A DNA stretch of 64,000 nucleotides, taken from positions 672,001-736,000 of the forward strand of contig CAWEWF010000014.1 of assembly GCA_963812605.1 (NCBI GenBank), written 5' to 3'. Of this stretch, positions 1 to 10,570 are shown one piece after another (positions within the stretch are counted from its first letter, which is position 1; each line of letters begins with the position of its first letter). The DNA comes from an uncultured Verrucomicrobiae bacterium (GTDB taxonomy: Bacteria > Verrucomicrobiota > Verrucomicrobiia > Palsa-1439). The position numbers were made by a program, and so were the translations under genes. The notes beneath the pieces are model-generated. The model saw only the letters and a program-made list of their open reading frames with translations. It was not told the DNA's origin and made no database searches.

Positions 1-1185
1 CGGATCGGGCAGGAAGACCGGGTTGTCGACATCGAGGATTTCGCCGTTGGTCTTGAGCACCTTGTAAATGACGCTGGGGTACGTGGCGATGATGTCCATG
101 TCCCACTGCCGCCGTAGGCGCTCCTGGACGATTTCCATGTGCAGCAGCCCCAGGAAGCCGCAGCGAAACCCGAAGCCGAGGGCCGCCGAGCTTTCGGATT
201 GATACTGGAACGCCGAGTCGTTGAGTTGTAGTTTTCCCAGCGCAATCTTCAGGTGTTCGAAGTCCGCCGAATCGATCGGGTACAATCCGCTGAAGACCAT
301 CGGGTGCACTTTCTGGAATCCCGGCAACGGCTTCTTCGCGGGCTGGCGCGCATCGGTGATCGTTTCGCCGATCTTTACGTCGGCCGTGGTCTTGATATTG
401 GCAATGACGTACCCGGTGCTGCCCGCCGACAGTTTCTTGCGCGGCTCAGGCTTCGGCGTAAAGACACCAACATCTTTTACCTCGTACTTCAGCCCCGTGC
501 TCATAAGCTGGATCATCATTCCCGGCATGATTTCGCCCGCAAACAACCGCACATAGGTCACCACGCCACGATAGGTGTCGAACATCGAATCGAACACCAG
601 CGCTTGCAGGGCAATGTCGGTGGGCGGTTGCGGCGGCGGAATTCGCTCGACCACGCCGCGCAAAATATCATGGATGCCGACGCCCGTTTTCGCGCTCGCG
701 AGAATCGCCGTGTCGCCGGGAATGGCAAGGATGTCTTCGAGCTGGCGTTTTGTCTCTTCAACGTTCGCGTTCGGCAGGTCGATCTTGTTGATGATCGGGA
801 CAATGGTGAGCTCCTGCTTTGACGCCATGTGCACATTCGCGACCGTCTGCGCCTCGACGCCCTGTGCCGCGTCCACCACCAGCAACGCCCCTTCGCACGC
901 CGCCAGGCTGCGCGACACTTCGTAGGCGAAATCCACGTGGCCCGGCGTGTCGATCAAGTTCAACTCGTACACCTGGCCGTCCTCGGCGTGCCAGGTCATC
1001 GTCACCGGGTGCGCCTTGATCGTGATGCCGCGTTCGCGTTCGAGGTCCATCGAGTCCAGCACCTGTTCGCGCATCTCGCGTTTCTCCAGTGCTCCTGTCG
1101 TCTCCAACAACCGGTCTGACAACGTCGTCTTGCCATGGTCGATGTGCGCGATGATGCAAAAATTCCGTATATGCCCCAAATCCAT
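1..1185 (-). CDS. lepA: Elongation factor 4 (LepA), 5' part; runs off the window start
   Basis: Minus-strand translation from ATG 1185: [28 protein letters not shown]...[18 protein letters not shown]...[26 protein letters not shown], later [19 protein letters not shown]. Confidence 0.97.
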   Translation of the reverse strand, partial: MDLGHIRNFCIIAHIDHGKTTLSDRLLETTGALEKREMREQVLDSMDLERERGITIKAHPVTMTWHAEDGQVYELNLIDTPGHVDFAYEVSRSLAACEGALLVVDAAQGVEAQTVANVHMASKQELTIVPIINKIDLPNANVEETKRQLEDILAIPGDTAILASAKTGVGIHDILRGVVERIPPPQPPTDIALQALVFDSMFDTYRGVVTYVRLFAGEIMPGMMIQLMSTGLKYEVKDVGVFTPKPEPRKKLSAGSTGYVIANIKTTADVKIGETITDARQPAKKPLPGFQKVHPMVFSGLYPIDSADFEHLKIALGKLQLNDSAFQYQSESSAALGFGFRCGFLGLLHMEIVQERLRRQWDMDIIATYPSVIYKVLKTNGEILDVDNPVFLPDP

Positions 1186-1215
1186 GAGCCGCGCAGTCTA
1201 TCAGCGATTGCCATT

Positions 1216-1274
1216 GTAGGGCAAGCGCCCCGCTTGCCAATCCCAACGGCGGCAGGCGACGCGCCTGCCCTACA
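1216..1274. repeat. REP-like palindromic doublet
   Basis: TGTAGGGCAAGCG...CGCGCCTGCCCTACA inverted arms; a related arm GGCAAGCGGGCCGCTTGCCCTACA occurs at ~57342-57365. Confidence 0.7.
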
Positions 1275-1332
1275 ACTGCTGCGGTGGCAGTCCTCTTCCC
1301 GGATTTTGCGGCTGGCAATCAGGGAACAACCT

Positions 1333-3198
1333 TCAGCGGTTGGCGGCGGGCAATTCACCAACGGGTGCTTTCGCTGGCCCCTCGATTGGTTCAAAGCCGA
1401 AACGCAAGTCCTCATCCGGACTCCGATACCTGATTTTGCGATTGGCCAGCCCCATGGCACGCTCGTCGGCGGGCGCGCACGGCAAGTCCGTGGCCCAACA
1501 TTGCTCTTGTTGGCCGACCAACGGCACGCGAACTTTCACCAGTCCTTTTTGCCGCCAGACGAATTCATCGGCCCCCAACACGGGCAGTTTTTCCGGCAAC
1601 AAGAATCTCACAGGATGAGCGATGTAGTTTTTCGCGTTCTCAGCGCCCATCTGCAGCGGGCGCATGAATTGGAACGCAAGCAGCAGCCAAACACTTATGG
1701 CAATCGCGGATTCCTTCCACGTTGCGCGCCGTGAAAGCAAAAGCGCCAGAAAGGCTGCTCCGTACACGAGCAGGCGCAGGATATCCAGACGATTCAGGAA
1801 TTGCCACGGCATGATCAGCCGTTGGCAGAGGCACGCCGCCAGAACGGCGATAAGCCACCAATCTCCCGCGCTAATGATAGCCAGGACCGGCACGACGGTA
1901 AACGCGCCGATAAAAAAACGCGTCACGGGAACTTGTCCACACTGTACCAGTGCAAGCCCGAGCAGCAGTAGCGCAACCACCAGGGAAAGCGTGGCTCGCC
2001 GCTTCTTCAGAAGGACAAATACGGCGGTCAGATTTAGCAACGCGAATGAATAGAGCCACCAATTATCCGTCAAGAATAACCTGGCCGCCTTCTCCTTGAG
2101 GGTGAGTTTCTCCGGAGAGCCGTAACCGAAAAATGGAAATTGTCGGATGTGGTCTTGAACGGCCGCCACTTCGCCTTCTGCCATCGCCCACGACACCGGT
2201 GCGGCGACCTTGAGAGTTGGATAGAGGGGATAACCCGAGGTGATCGTGTTGATCGTCAAAACCGGCAACGCCAGCAGCAGGGCCATTGCGAAAACCAAGG
2301 TGATCTTTTTCCAGGAACCACGGTACCAATAAACAGCCCCCAGAACACCCAGTCCGAGCACGACAATTCCGTTGGCTTTGACGGAGAACGCGGCCGCGCC
2401 GAGAATAACCAGTCCGAGCGGCGCGCCAGTGGTGGAAAGGTCCGCCGGATCCACCAATGCTTCACAGAGGAGGATGTACCATACGAAGGCACAAACCAGG
2501 AGGCATTCCAGGACATCGGGCAAACTCGTCAGCGTGTAGAAGGAAAAGCATGAAACACCCAGCAAGAGGCAAAGCGGCCAGAACAATTGGTCGGGCGCAC
2601 CGCCCTTCCGTAGCCAGGCCCGCGTTTTCGTGAGACCAAAGATCACGCAGACGATGAGAGCGGATAGGTTCGGCAAGCCGACCAACCGCGCTTGCAACGG
2701 ACCCCAGTCGAAGATGCCCGCCAGGGCAAACAACGACGAGGTGAAGCCCAGCCGATGGTGGATGAGAGCCAGCCCCGGAACCGCGCCGTACTCATAGTAC
2801 CAACGCGTCAACTGATAGTGGTAAAGTCCGGTATCGTAATGCGATACCCGCCGTGAACCCGCGGCACCCAGAACGAGCAGCAGGACGACAATCAGCAACA
2901 AGAAACAGGATTTCCAATTTCCTTTTGCCCAGGACCCTGGTGCGGCCCAGCATCGGCAGAACAGCAGTGTCGTGATCGGAAACAGAATGAACAGCAAGGT
3001 TGGCGTGACTTTTTGTAGGGGCACAAAAGCAGTTATTCCCGTCAGCACCACCAGAAGAATCGCAAAGCCCAACCAGAAGCTGCAAAACAGCCGATCCGAA
3101 GTGTCTTTAACACTTAGGCGGAGGACACGAAGTACAAGGTACCCCGCGACAATCGAAAAGCAGATTAACAGTCCGGCACATATACCGAGCACCAACAT
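1333..3198 (-). CDS. Polytopic membrane protein (GT-C-like / LIC_10190-like)
   Basis: Many hydrophobic helices; YDTGLYHYQ...GLALIHHRLGFTSS and SGYPLYP motifs; C-terminal CWATDLPCAP. Start chosen at ATG 3198 (ORF is open to 3384). Confidence 0.7.
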   Translation of the reverse strand: MLVLGICAGLLICFSIVAGYLVLRVLRLSVKDTSDRLFCSFWLGFAILLVVLTGITAFVPLQKVTPTLLFILFPITTLLFCRCWAAPGSWAKGNWKSCFLLLIVVLLLVLGAAGSRRVSHYDTGLYHYQLTRWYYEYGAVPGLALIHHRLGFTSSLFALAGIFDWGPLQARLVGLPNLSALIVCVIFGLTKTRAWLRKGGAPDQLFWPLCLLLGVSCFSFYTLTSLPDVLECLLVCAFVWYILLCEALVDPADLSTTGAPLGLVILGAAAFSVKANGIVVLGLGVLGAVYWYRGSWKKITLVFAMALLLALPVLTINTITSGYPLYPTLKVAAPVSWAMAEGEVAAVQDHIRQFPFFGYGSPEKLTLKEKAARLFLTDNWWLYSFALLNLTAVFVLLKKRRATLSLVVALLLLGLALVQCGQVPVTRFFIGAFTVVPVLAIISAGDWWLIAVLAACLCQRLIMPWQFLNRLDILRLLVYGAAFLALLLSRRATWKESAIAISVWLLLAFQFMRPLQMGAENAKNYIAHPVRFLLPEKLPVLGADEFVWRQKGLVKVRVPLVGQQEQCWATDLPCAPADERAMGLANRKIRYRSPDEDLRFGFEPIEGPAKAPVGELPAANR

Positions 3199-3463
3199 GC
3201 TAGCGTGATATTCTCCCTTCCGAGCGATGGGGTGGTAGCACGATGAACATTTAACATTGGTGTCGACCTGCTGGCAAGTCGCATTGACACCATGGGTTTT
3301 AGGGTACGCGGGCCGACACGGTTGTAGGGCGGCATGCCCCGTTCCCACGGGTGTATCCCGCCGCGCCGTTCCCATATGACACACACTTCACAACGCGGAT
3401 GGCTGGATACCTAAACGACAGGCATCCAGCCCTACAAAAAGCCGGATGAGGGGATCATCTGGA

Positions 3464-4309
3464 CTACCAAGAGTAGTTCTTGCGACCTTCTGCGCCCGGG
3501 ACTTCATGGCTGCCTTTCATGGAATAGCAGTTGCTTTCGTCACGGAGCGCAAAAACGGGGGAAACTGGCGGCGGACCTATCGAGGAGGGAGAAACACTGC
3601 CAGGAGTCCAGCCCGGGGTAATCACCCTGACGGAATTCCGTCCGCCATAAAGCGTTAGCGACTGGCCCTGGACTGCGACCTGTTGTTCCTGCGCATCCTC
3701 TCGCGCTTTCCATTGCGCAAACTTTTTCGTGGCATCCTCCAAGTATCGTCGGCCGGCTTCATCAAAGCGTGCGCAGACGGTTGTTTGTGTCGTTTGATTG
3801 GTAACCGCGAGTTGCGCGGTATAGCTCCCCGCTTCCAGAGTCCTAATGAAACCAACGAGGTGGAGCACCTGAATCACCTCCACATTTGCATTGGACTTCT
3901 GGTCCGCCCGTAGTTGTTCCGCGGCCTGCTCCCTGGCCTGTGTCTTCGCCTGTTCTGCTCGGGCTTCCTGCTGTTTGCGCGCGGCTTCCAACGTGTCCGC
4001 TTCGCGCTTTTGCCTGAGGAGTTCCTGAGCCTGGACTGCCGCCAACTGTTGCGCCCGGTAATTGGCGGCCTTCTGCGGGTCATATCCGAAGCGTGCCTGA
4101 AGTTCGGGCGGGAGTTTTTCCAAAGAGATCGATGCGACGCCTGTCTGGTGGAAGATGGATACCGTCGCCGGCGTGACGGTGCGCCAGGTGACATTTGAGT
4201 ACGTGATCCCGTCAACGGTGATCGTGCTGGGCAGCGTGTTCGTTTCCTCGGCGAAGGAGGCAACAACACCGAAAGCGAAAAGCAGGACCGTTACGCGGAA
4301 GACATTCAT
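3464..4309 (-). CDS. Secreted hypothetical protein with central coiled coil
   Basis: Signal peptide MNVFRVTVLLFAFGVVASFA; 'LEKLPPELQARFGYDPQKA' segment; Gln/Ala/Glu-rich helix. Confidence 0.7.
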   Translation of the reverse strand: MNVFRVTVLLFAFGVVASFAEETNTLPSTITVDGITYSNVTWRTVTPATVSIFHQTGVASISLEKLPPELQARFGYDPQKAANYRAQQLAAVQAQELLRQKREADTLEAARKQQEARAEQAKTQAREQAAEQLRADQKSNANVEVIQVLHLVGFIRTLEAGSYTAQLAVTNQTTQTTVCARFDEAGRRYLEDATKKFAQWKAREDAQEQQVAVQGQSLTLYGGRNSVRVITPGWTPGSVSPSSIGPPPVSPVFALRDESNCYSMKGSHEVPGAEGRKNYSW

Positions 4310-4429
4310 CGCGACTGAAAAGAAGCTAGCACTCTCGTCGGCGCGCGCAAGGCCTTTTCGCCAGTCGCTTTTACCATCGGCGTCTTCTCAATTGTGCCAG
4401 GAGCATCGCTGGCGCACGAATTGTGCAGC

Positions 4430-6064
4430 TCACTTCGTTTTAACAGGCACGGAGATTGGCGCGGGGGCTTCGCGGCTCAACTCTTCGGCGAGTTGGTTGG
4501 CTTTGACGGGATCAATCTTTTTCATCTCGCGGGCGGCTTCGCCGGCTTTGTCGGTCTGGTGAAGCTGCAGGTAGGCCCGAACCAGGCCGCCCCAGGCTTC
4601 GGCGTAGTTGGGTTTCTGCTTGAGCGTTTGCGTGAAAAAAAGAACGGCTTCGTTGTGTTCGCCCTGCTGCTCGGAGACGACGCCGAGATTGAACCACGCG
4701 TCGGGAAGATCGGGCTTGTACTTCAACGCCAGGCGAAAAGCGTTGATCGCTTCCGGGTATTGACCCTGGCTGGCGTACGCCGCGCCGAGCTTAAAATGGG
4801 CGTCGGCATAATCGGGCTTCAGCTCGACCGCCTTTTCGAACGCGCCGACCGCGTCCGCTTGATGCCCCTGCCCCACGTACACGTCGCCCAGCTTGTCCCA
4901 CACCTGGGGATCGCGTGGCGACAGCCTGAGCAATTGCTGGAACACCCCGGCCGCTTCCGGTAGTTTACCCGCCTGGGTGTAGGCCCAGCCGAGGTTGTAC
5001 CACGCATCGATGTAATCCGGCTTCAGCTTGATCGCCTCGTGGAAGGCCGTCGCGGCATCCGGAAAAAAGCCCAGCTTCGCGTAGGCCTCGCCGAGGATAT
5101 ACTGGACCAGCGCGCTGTTGGGATATCGGTCCGCCAGGACCTTGGCGCTCTTGAGCAATTCCGGGTAATTCTTCGCGTCCTCCGCGGCGCCGGCCACCGC
5201 GTAATCCGGATCCGAATACACATACCCCTCCGCGCTACGGCCATATTTTCGCAGCGGTCCGCGCGCGCCAAACGGCCACTGGTCGAACCACCACACCGCG
5301 GCGCTGCACGCCAGCACCGCCAACAAAAGCGCAACGATGCGACCTACCCAGTTTGCCCGGCGAGCCGGCCTCGCCATCTCCTCGCCGCCGGTGGCAAACT
5401 CCGGAATCGCCGTGGGACCCAACTTGACGGGCGCCTCCCAACGCGCCTCCTTGGGAGGCGTGCCCAACAGATTGGTCGGCGTCGGGGTGGCCCTCAGCGC
5501 ATCAGCAAACTCCGGGAACTCCGCGAGTTGTTTCCAGTTCCGGCGCGCCTCGGCCGGCACCCAGGTTTGCTCATTGGCGTAGCCTTGCGAGATCCATTTC
5601 CGCAGTTGCGAGGCATCTACCGGCCCGTAGGTGCGTCCATCGGCGCCCACAATCCGGTATTCCATCTCTTTTGCGGGCGACGGGATCGGTCGCGCTCGCC
5701 CCAGGGGCAACACGGTCTGGCCCGCCGTCTTCCTGGGGTCGGCCACCGCCTGCCCCGGTTCTTCATACCGCATTTCCACCTCGCCAAAGAGCACCACGTC
5801 CCCATGACGCAACTCCGCCCCGGTCAGGCGTTCGCCGTTGACGAAGGTCCCGTTCGTGGAGATCAAGTCGCGAACTTTGTAATGCGTGCCGATGCGAATC
5901 AAGATGGCGTGATGAAGAGAAACCGTGATGTGGTCAAGACAGATGATATTGTCGTCGTCGCGCCCGACGTTGACGCGATCCTGCGTCAATTCGAACACCC
6001 GACCCGACATTGCACCCGAGACAAGATGAAGCTTGCCTATGGCGCTCGTCGCGGAGTCAACCAT
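4430..6064 (-). CDS. FHA + GYF_2-like + TM + TPR-repeat protein
   Basis: FHA motifs VGRDDDN..VSLHHA..DLISTNGTFVNG; YRIVGADGRTYGPV..LRKWI (GYF_2-like); one TM helix; several TPRs (AWYNLG, AHFKLG, AWFNLG). Confidence 0.85.
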   Translation of the reverse strand: MVDSATSAIGKLHLVSGAMSGRVFELTQDRVNVGRDDDNIICLDHITVSLHHAILIRIGTHYKVRDLISTNGTFVNGERLTGAELRHGDVVLFGEVEMRYEEPGQAVADPRKTAGQTVLPLGRARPIPSPAKEMEYRIVGADGRTYGPVDASQLRKWISQGYANEQTWVPAEARRNWKQLAEFPEFADALRATPTPTNLLGTPPKEARWEAPVKLGPTAIPEFATGGEEMARPARRANWVGRIVALLLAVLACSAAVWWFDQWPFGARGPLRKYGRSAEGYVYSDPDYAVAGAAEDAKNYPELLKSAKVLADRYPNSALVQYILGEAYAKLGFFPDAATAFHEAIKLKPDYIDAWYNLGWAYTQAGKLPEAAGVFQQLLRLSPRDPQVWDKLGDVYVGQGHQADAVGAFEKAVELKPDYADAHFKLGAAYASQGQYPEAINAFRLALKYKPDLPDAWFNLGVVSEQQGEHNEAVLFFTQTLKQKPNYAEAWGGLVRAYLQLHQTDKAGEAAREMKKIDPVKANQLAEELSREAPAPISVPVKTK

Positions 6065-6204
6065 TTCGGCCACCCGTTTCCACAAGGCAGTGTGACTTGA
6101 ACACCATGAATTTGCAAGCCGAGAGCACCGCGACTCGCACGAATTCTCAGCATGCCCAAACTAACGTGACATTGCCCGGCAGGTCTGGCAGGATTCCCCG
6201 CCAG

Positions 6205-7767
6205 ATGATGGAAAACAAGCCAGAGAAGCGAATCCTGGGGGTCAGTTGGAGCTTGCTCGCCATCCTCCTTTTGGGGACAACCCTGCGATTTTTGTACCTG
6301 GGACGACAAAGCGTGTGGATTGACGAAGGGTTTTCCTGGCTCGCGGAACAACTGAGTTTTCGTGGCGTAACCCGTCTGTCCTTGAACGATGTCCATCCGC
6401 CGCTCTACTACTATTTCCTGAAAGCCAGCCTGTGGGTTCTCCCCGACACGGCGGTTGGCATGCGGTTCATAAGCGTTCTTTTTTCCATCGCCACCCTGGC
6501 CGTCATGATGACTTTCGTGTACCAGCGCTGGGGACATCGCACCGCCTGCTATGTCGGATTGCTCGCCGCCTTGTCCCCATTCGACATTTATTACGCGCAA
6601 GAGGCGCGGATGTACACGCTGCTCTCCCTTCTGTTTGTGCTGGCCTTCACGGAACTCGTCAGGGCCCTGGAAGGGAAGCGGGCGCACCTCATCGGGTGGG
6701 TTGTCGCGACGACCGGACTGGCGTGGACCCATGCTTATGGTTTGCTGGCGGCTTTCCTGCAAATCGGGTTCCTAGCCGTTTATTGGGCCTGGCAACGCCT
6801 CCGTGGCCGTCCGTTTCCGTTGCAACCAAAGCCTGTGCTGGCGGCGCTGGCCGCTTCGTTACTAGGTGTCGCACCGATCGTGTTTCTTTTCTATAAAGTA
6901 CGCAACCGGTTGGCCGGCAGTGTCTCGATCCCCAAAGCAAGCTGCCTTCTCACTATCGTTCGCTGCTGGGCCACCGGCCCCCTGACCGCCTTCCCCTCTT
7001 TCAGGATCCCCGGGTGGGAACCGGCGGACAAACCCGCTGGGGAATTGGCAAACGCCTTCATGGCGTTGCGGGTCCCGCTGTGGATGTATATCGTGGCAAC
7101 GATAGTCATGGTCGCTTGCGCCGTGCTGGGAGCCCGTCAATTGTGGCGGCGCGACACGTTCCATCGATGGGTTCTGCTTTTTGTCGCCGGGCTCATCACG
7201 CTTCCGCCGATCCTGGTCTTCGCCTACTCGACTCTTTTCAAACATCCTCTTTGGGTTGATCGCGGTTTTCTTCCCAACGCGCACCTTCTCTACCTGCTTG
7301 CGGGCGTCGGGCTGGGCGCAGTCGGATCGCGGGCGCTGCGCGGCATTGCTGCCATAATTATTGGGTTTTCCGTCGTCACGGCTGAGATCTACTATTACAC
7401 CAAATTCGAGAAGACCCCTGCCGCTGCCGCCTGTCAGGCCCTGCCTCCCTCCACACCCCAACGAGTCATTCTGGTGACCCCGTCATGGATCGACTGCGAG
7501 ATCTATTACTATCTCCGCACGGAGTCCGTGCTTTGGGGCGTTCAAGAACCTCCCCGGCAATTAATGCGCATTACCCGAGCTCCCGAAGAGATGCTGCCAA
7601 TCGACGCGATGACGTGCGATGAAGCCAATCTTCAGGCCGTTTCCGATATTTACGCTTTTGGCGACGCCGACACAATCCGAACGGAACGAAAGCAATGGCC
7701 AAGCTGCCTGCTGGCAAAGAAAACCTGGGTGTTCGAACACTCGCGCTGGCTTCCCATCAACGGGTAG
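6205..7767 (+). CDS. Glycosyltransferase family 39 (PMT-like, GT-C), copy A
   Basis: SVWIDEGFS, DVHPPLYY, YYAQEARMY motifs; multiple TM helices. Confidence 0.88.
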   Translation: MMENKPEKRILGVSWSLLAILLLGTTLRFLYLGRQSVWIDEGFSWLAEQLSFRGVTRLSLNDVHPPLYYYFLKASLWVLPDTAVGMRFISVLFSIATLAVMMTFVYQRWGHRTACYVGLLAALSPFDIYYAQEARMYTLLSLLFVLAFTELVRALEGKRAHLIGWVVATTGLAWTHAYGLLAAFLQIGFLAVYWAWQRLRGRPFPLQPKPVLAALAASLLGVAPIVFLFYKVRNRLAGSVSIPKASCLLTIVRCWATGPLTAFPSFRIPGWEPADKPAGELANAFMALRVPLWMYIVATIVMVACAVLGARQLWRRDTFHRWVLLFVAGLITLPPILVFAYSTLFKHPLWVDRGFLPNAHLLYLLAGVGLGAVGSRALRGIAAIIIGFSVVTAEIYYYTKFEKTPAAAACQALPPSTPQRVILVTPSWIDCEIYYYLRTESVLWGVQEPPRQLMRITRAPEEMLPIDAMTCDEANLQAVSDIYAFGDADTIRTERKQWPSCLLAKKTWVFEHSRWLPING

Positions 7768-8140
7768 TTCGTAATCGCAACCGATGACCGCACACGGATC
7801 TAGGTGCACGTATCCGGCGATTCATCCGTCAGCCATGATGCACCTCCCTCGTGCTCGGAGGTGAGCGGGTGCCGGCTCCTCGTACCGTCTCTCGACCTCG
7901 CCAAACAGCAGAACGTCCCGTTGGTGGAAGATCAGGTCGCGACCCTTGTAGTGCGCGCTTGTCTATGGCGCTCGTCGCGGAGTCAACCATTTCGGCTACC
8001 GGATTCCGCAAGGCAGTGTGACCCGAACGCCACGAGTTTGCAACCGAGAGCGGCGCGGCCCGCACAAATTTCCATCGCCCCCCGCTACCCCAAACCAACG
8101 TGACATTATCGGGACGATCTGGCACGATTGGCCCGAACAA

Positions 8141-9640
8141 ATGATGGAGAACAAGCCAGAGAAGCAAATCCTCGGGGTCCGTTGGAGTTTGCTCGCCATC
8201 CTCCTTCTGGGGACAGTCCTGCGATTCCTCTATCTGGGTCGGCAAAGCGTGTGGGTTGATGAAGGGTTTTCATGGCTCGCGCAACAACTGAGCTTCCGTA
8301 GCATAACCCGTCTGTCCTTAAACGATGTTCACCCGCCGCTCTACTACTACTTGCTGAAAGCCAGCCTGTGGGTTCTGCCTGACACGGAGTTTGGCATGCG
8401 GTTCGTGAGCGTTCTTTGCTCCGTCGCCACCCTGGCCGTGATGATGAACTTCGTGTACCGGCGTTGGGGGCATCGCGCCGCCTGCTATGTCGGATTGCTC
8501 GCCGCTTTGTCCCCGTTCGACATTTATTATGCGCAAGAGGCGCGGATGTACACACTGCTCTCCCTGCTGTTTGTGCTGGCCTTTACGGAGCTTGTCAGAG
8601 CGCTGGAAGGGAAGCCGGCGCACCTGATCGGGTGGGCGGCCGCCACGACCGGGCTGGCGTGGACCCACGCGTATGGTTTGCTGGCGGCGTTCCTGCAGAT
8701 CGGGTTTTTCGCGGTCTATTGGACCTGGCAGCGCCTCCGTGGCCGTCCGTTTCCGCTGCAACCAAAACCGGCGCTGGCGGCGCTGGCCGGTGCGTTACTC
8801 GGCGTCGGACCGATTGTGCTTCTTTTCTACATGATTCGCCACCAACACGCCGGCAGTGTCTCGGTTCCCAAGGTGAACTATTTCTTCGCCCTTGTTCGCT
8901 GTTGGGCCACCGGACCGATGTCTGCCTTCCCGGCTTTCGGAATCCCGTGGCGGGCGCACGATGTATCGACGGCGGTCATGGTCGCTTGCGCCGTGCTGGG
9001 AGCCCGTCAACTGTGGCGGCGCGGTGAATTCTATCACTGGGTCCTGTATTTTGCCGTGGCGCTCATCGCGCTTCCGCCGGCCCTGGTCTTCGCCTACTCG
9101 ACCCTTACGAAACATGCCCTCTGGGTCGACCGCGGTTTTCTTCCCAACGCGCACATTCTCTACCTGCTCGCGGGTATCGGGTTGAGCGCTGTCGGATCGC
9201 GTGCGCTTCGTGGGATTGCCGCCGTAGCCATTGGCGTTTCCATCGTCCCAGGCGGGCTCTACTATTACACCAGATTTGAGAAGAGCCTTGCCGCCTCAGC
9301 CTTCCATTCCCTGCCTCCTATCACGCCGCAATGCGTCGTGCTGGTGTGTCCACCATACCGGGACAACGAGGCCTATTACTACCTCCGCGGGCAGACCACG
9401 CTTTGGGCCGTGGAACAGAACTCTCCGTGGCACTTGCTGCACCTCGTGCGGCGTACCGGAGGGGACCACGGGGTAACCGCAGCCACGTGCGACGAAGCGG
9501 AACTCCAGGCCGCTTCCGATATTTACGCTTTTGGCGATGGCGCCGCAATCCGAACGGAACGAAAGCAATGGCCAAGCTGCCTGCTGGCAAAGAAAACCTG
9601 GGTGTTCGAACACTCGCGCTGGCTTCCCATCAACGGGTAG
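8141..9640 (+). CDS. Glycosyltransferase family 39 (PMT-like, GT-C), copy B
   Basis: Tandem paralog of 6205-7767 with the same WxDE/HPPLYY/EARMY motifs and an identical C-terminus. Confidence 0.88.
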   Translation: MMENKPEKQILGVRWSLLAILLLGTVLRFLYLGRQSVWVDEGFSWLAQQLSFRSITRLSLNDVHPPLYYYLLKASLWVLPDTEFGMRFVSVLCSVATLAVMMNFVYRRWGHRAACYVGLLAALSPFDIYYAQEARMYTLLSLLFVLAFTELVRALEGKPAHLIGWAAATTGLAWTHAYGLLAAFLQIGFFAVYWTWQRLRGRPFPLQPKPALAALAGALLGVGPIVLLFYMIRHQHAGSVSVPKVNYFFALVRCWATGPMSAFPAFGIPWRAHDVSTAVMVACAVLGARQLWRRGEFYHWVLYFAVALIALPPALVFAYSTLTKHALWVDRGFLPNAHILYLLAGIGLSAVGSRALRGIAAVAIGVSIVPGGLYYYTRFEKSLAASAFHSLPPITPQCVVLVCPPYRDNEAYYYLRGQTTLWAVEQNSPWHLLHLVRRTGGDHGVTAATCDEAELQAASDIYAFGDGAAIRTERKQWPSCLLAKKTWVFEHSRWLPING

Positions 9641-9676
9641 TTCGTAATCGCAACCGATGACCACGCGCGGATCCGG

Positions 9677-10526
9677 CTATTTGGGCGTCAGCGAGGAAGC
9701 ATCTCCCCCGTACTCCGAGGGAAGCGGCGGAGCGCGGAGCACCTTGCGGTAAATCCATTTTGCCACGGGATGCAGCGGCCTCAGCCACGGGTAGAAGGGC
9801 GAATAAATGACGCGCAAGCGCACCACCGACAGGAGCATCGCGAGCGACAACCGGAACAATGACCCTGTGACCTTCGACCCCAACTTGTCGGTCCATTCCG
9901 TCGGCGTCTCCAGAATCGTATAACCCTCCCGCTTCAAGCACACGAGCAGGTTCACATCGAAAGCGAGGTCCGCGATGCAGAGTGAAGGACGGACGTGCTC
10001 CACGGCCGCGCGTCGGAGCAATTTGCAGGGGCATTGGGTGTCCTGGATATTCATCCAGAACAACGACTGCACGACCAGGTAAAACACCCGGCTCGTGAAC
10101 CGGCGCAACAGCGGTTGGCTTTGGTGCAGCACGGCCCCCGGCAGCCAACGGGATGCAATCACGCAATCCGCCTGCGGTGAGAGTTCAATCAACCGGCGAA
10201 AGGCCTGTGGCGGGCTGGCGCCATCGGCGTCCACGTACCCAATCAAGTCGGCTTCGGGAGCCAATCGCAGGCCTTCAATCAGGGCCCCACCCTTTCCGAT
10301 GGGCGCCGGGAAATTCAAGGCGCGCACTTCGGGGTACTCGACGGCGACGCGTTGCACGACCGTCAGCGTGTTGTCCTTGCAGCCATTGAGGACCACGACA
10401 ATGCGAAATGCTCCTGCGTACTCCTGGCGGAAGAAGCGCACGTAGTCGCGCAGCATCGGTTCGATCCGCTGTTCCTCATTGTACGCCCGGCACGAGCAGT
10501 AGCACGCTGGGTGTTGGAGAATTCAT
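9677..10526 (-). CDS. GT2 polyprenyl-phosphate glycosyltransferase; frameshift near 10488
   Basis: N-terminus MNSPTPSVLLLVP|AYNEEQRI is restored by removing one base; GKGGAL, YVDADG, DTQCPCK, AFDVNLL motifs. Confidence 0.85.
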
Positions 10527-10570
10527 ATGCGATTACGAGCGGTAGCAGCCGGCCTGAAGAAAGGGCCGGC

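Larger units (their letters stand above)
6031..9730 (+). repeat. Diverged ~1.9 kb tandem duplication (units ~6031-7870 and ~7957-9730)
   Basis: Both units start GCTTG(C/T)CTATGGCGCTCGTCGCGGAGTCAACCATTTCGGC; 7673-7789 and 9546-9662 read as identical. Confidence 0.9.
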
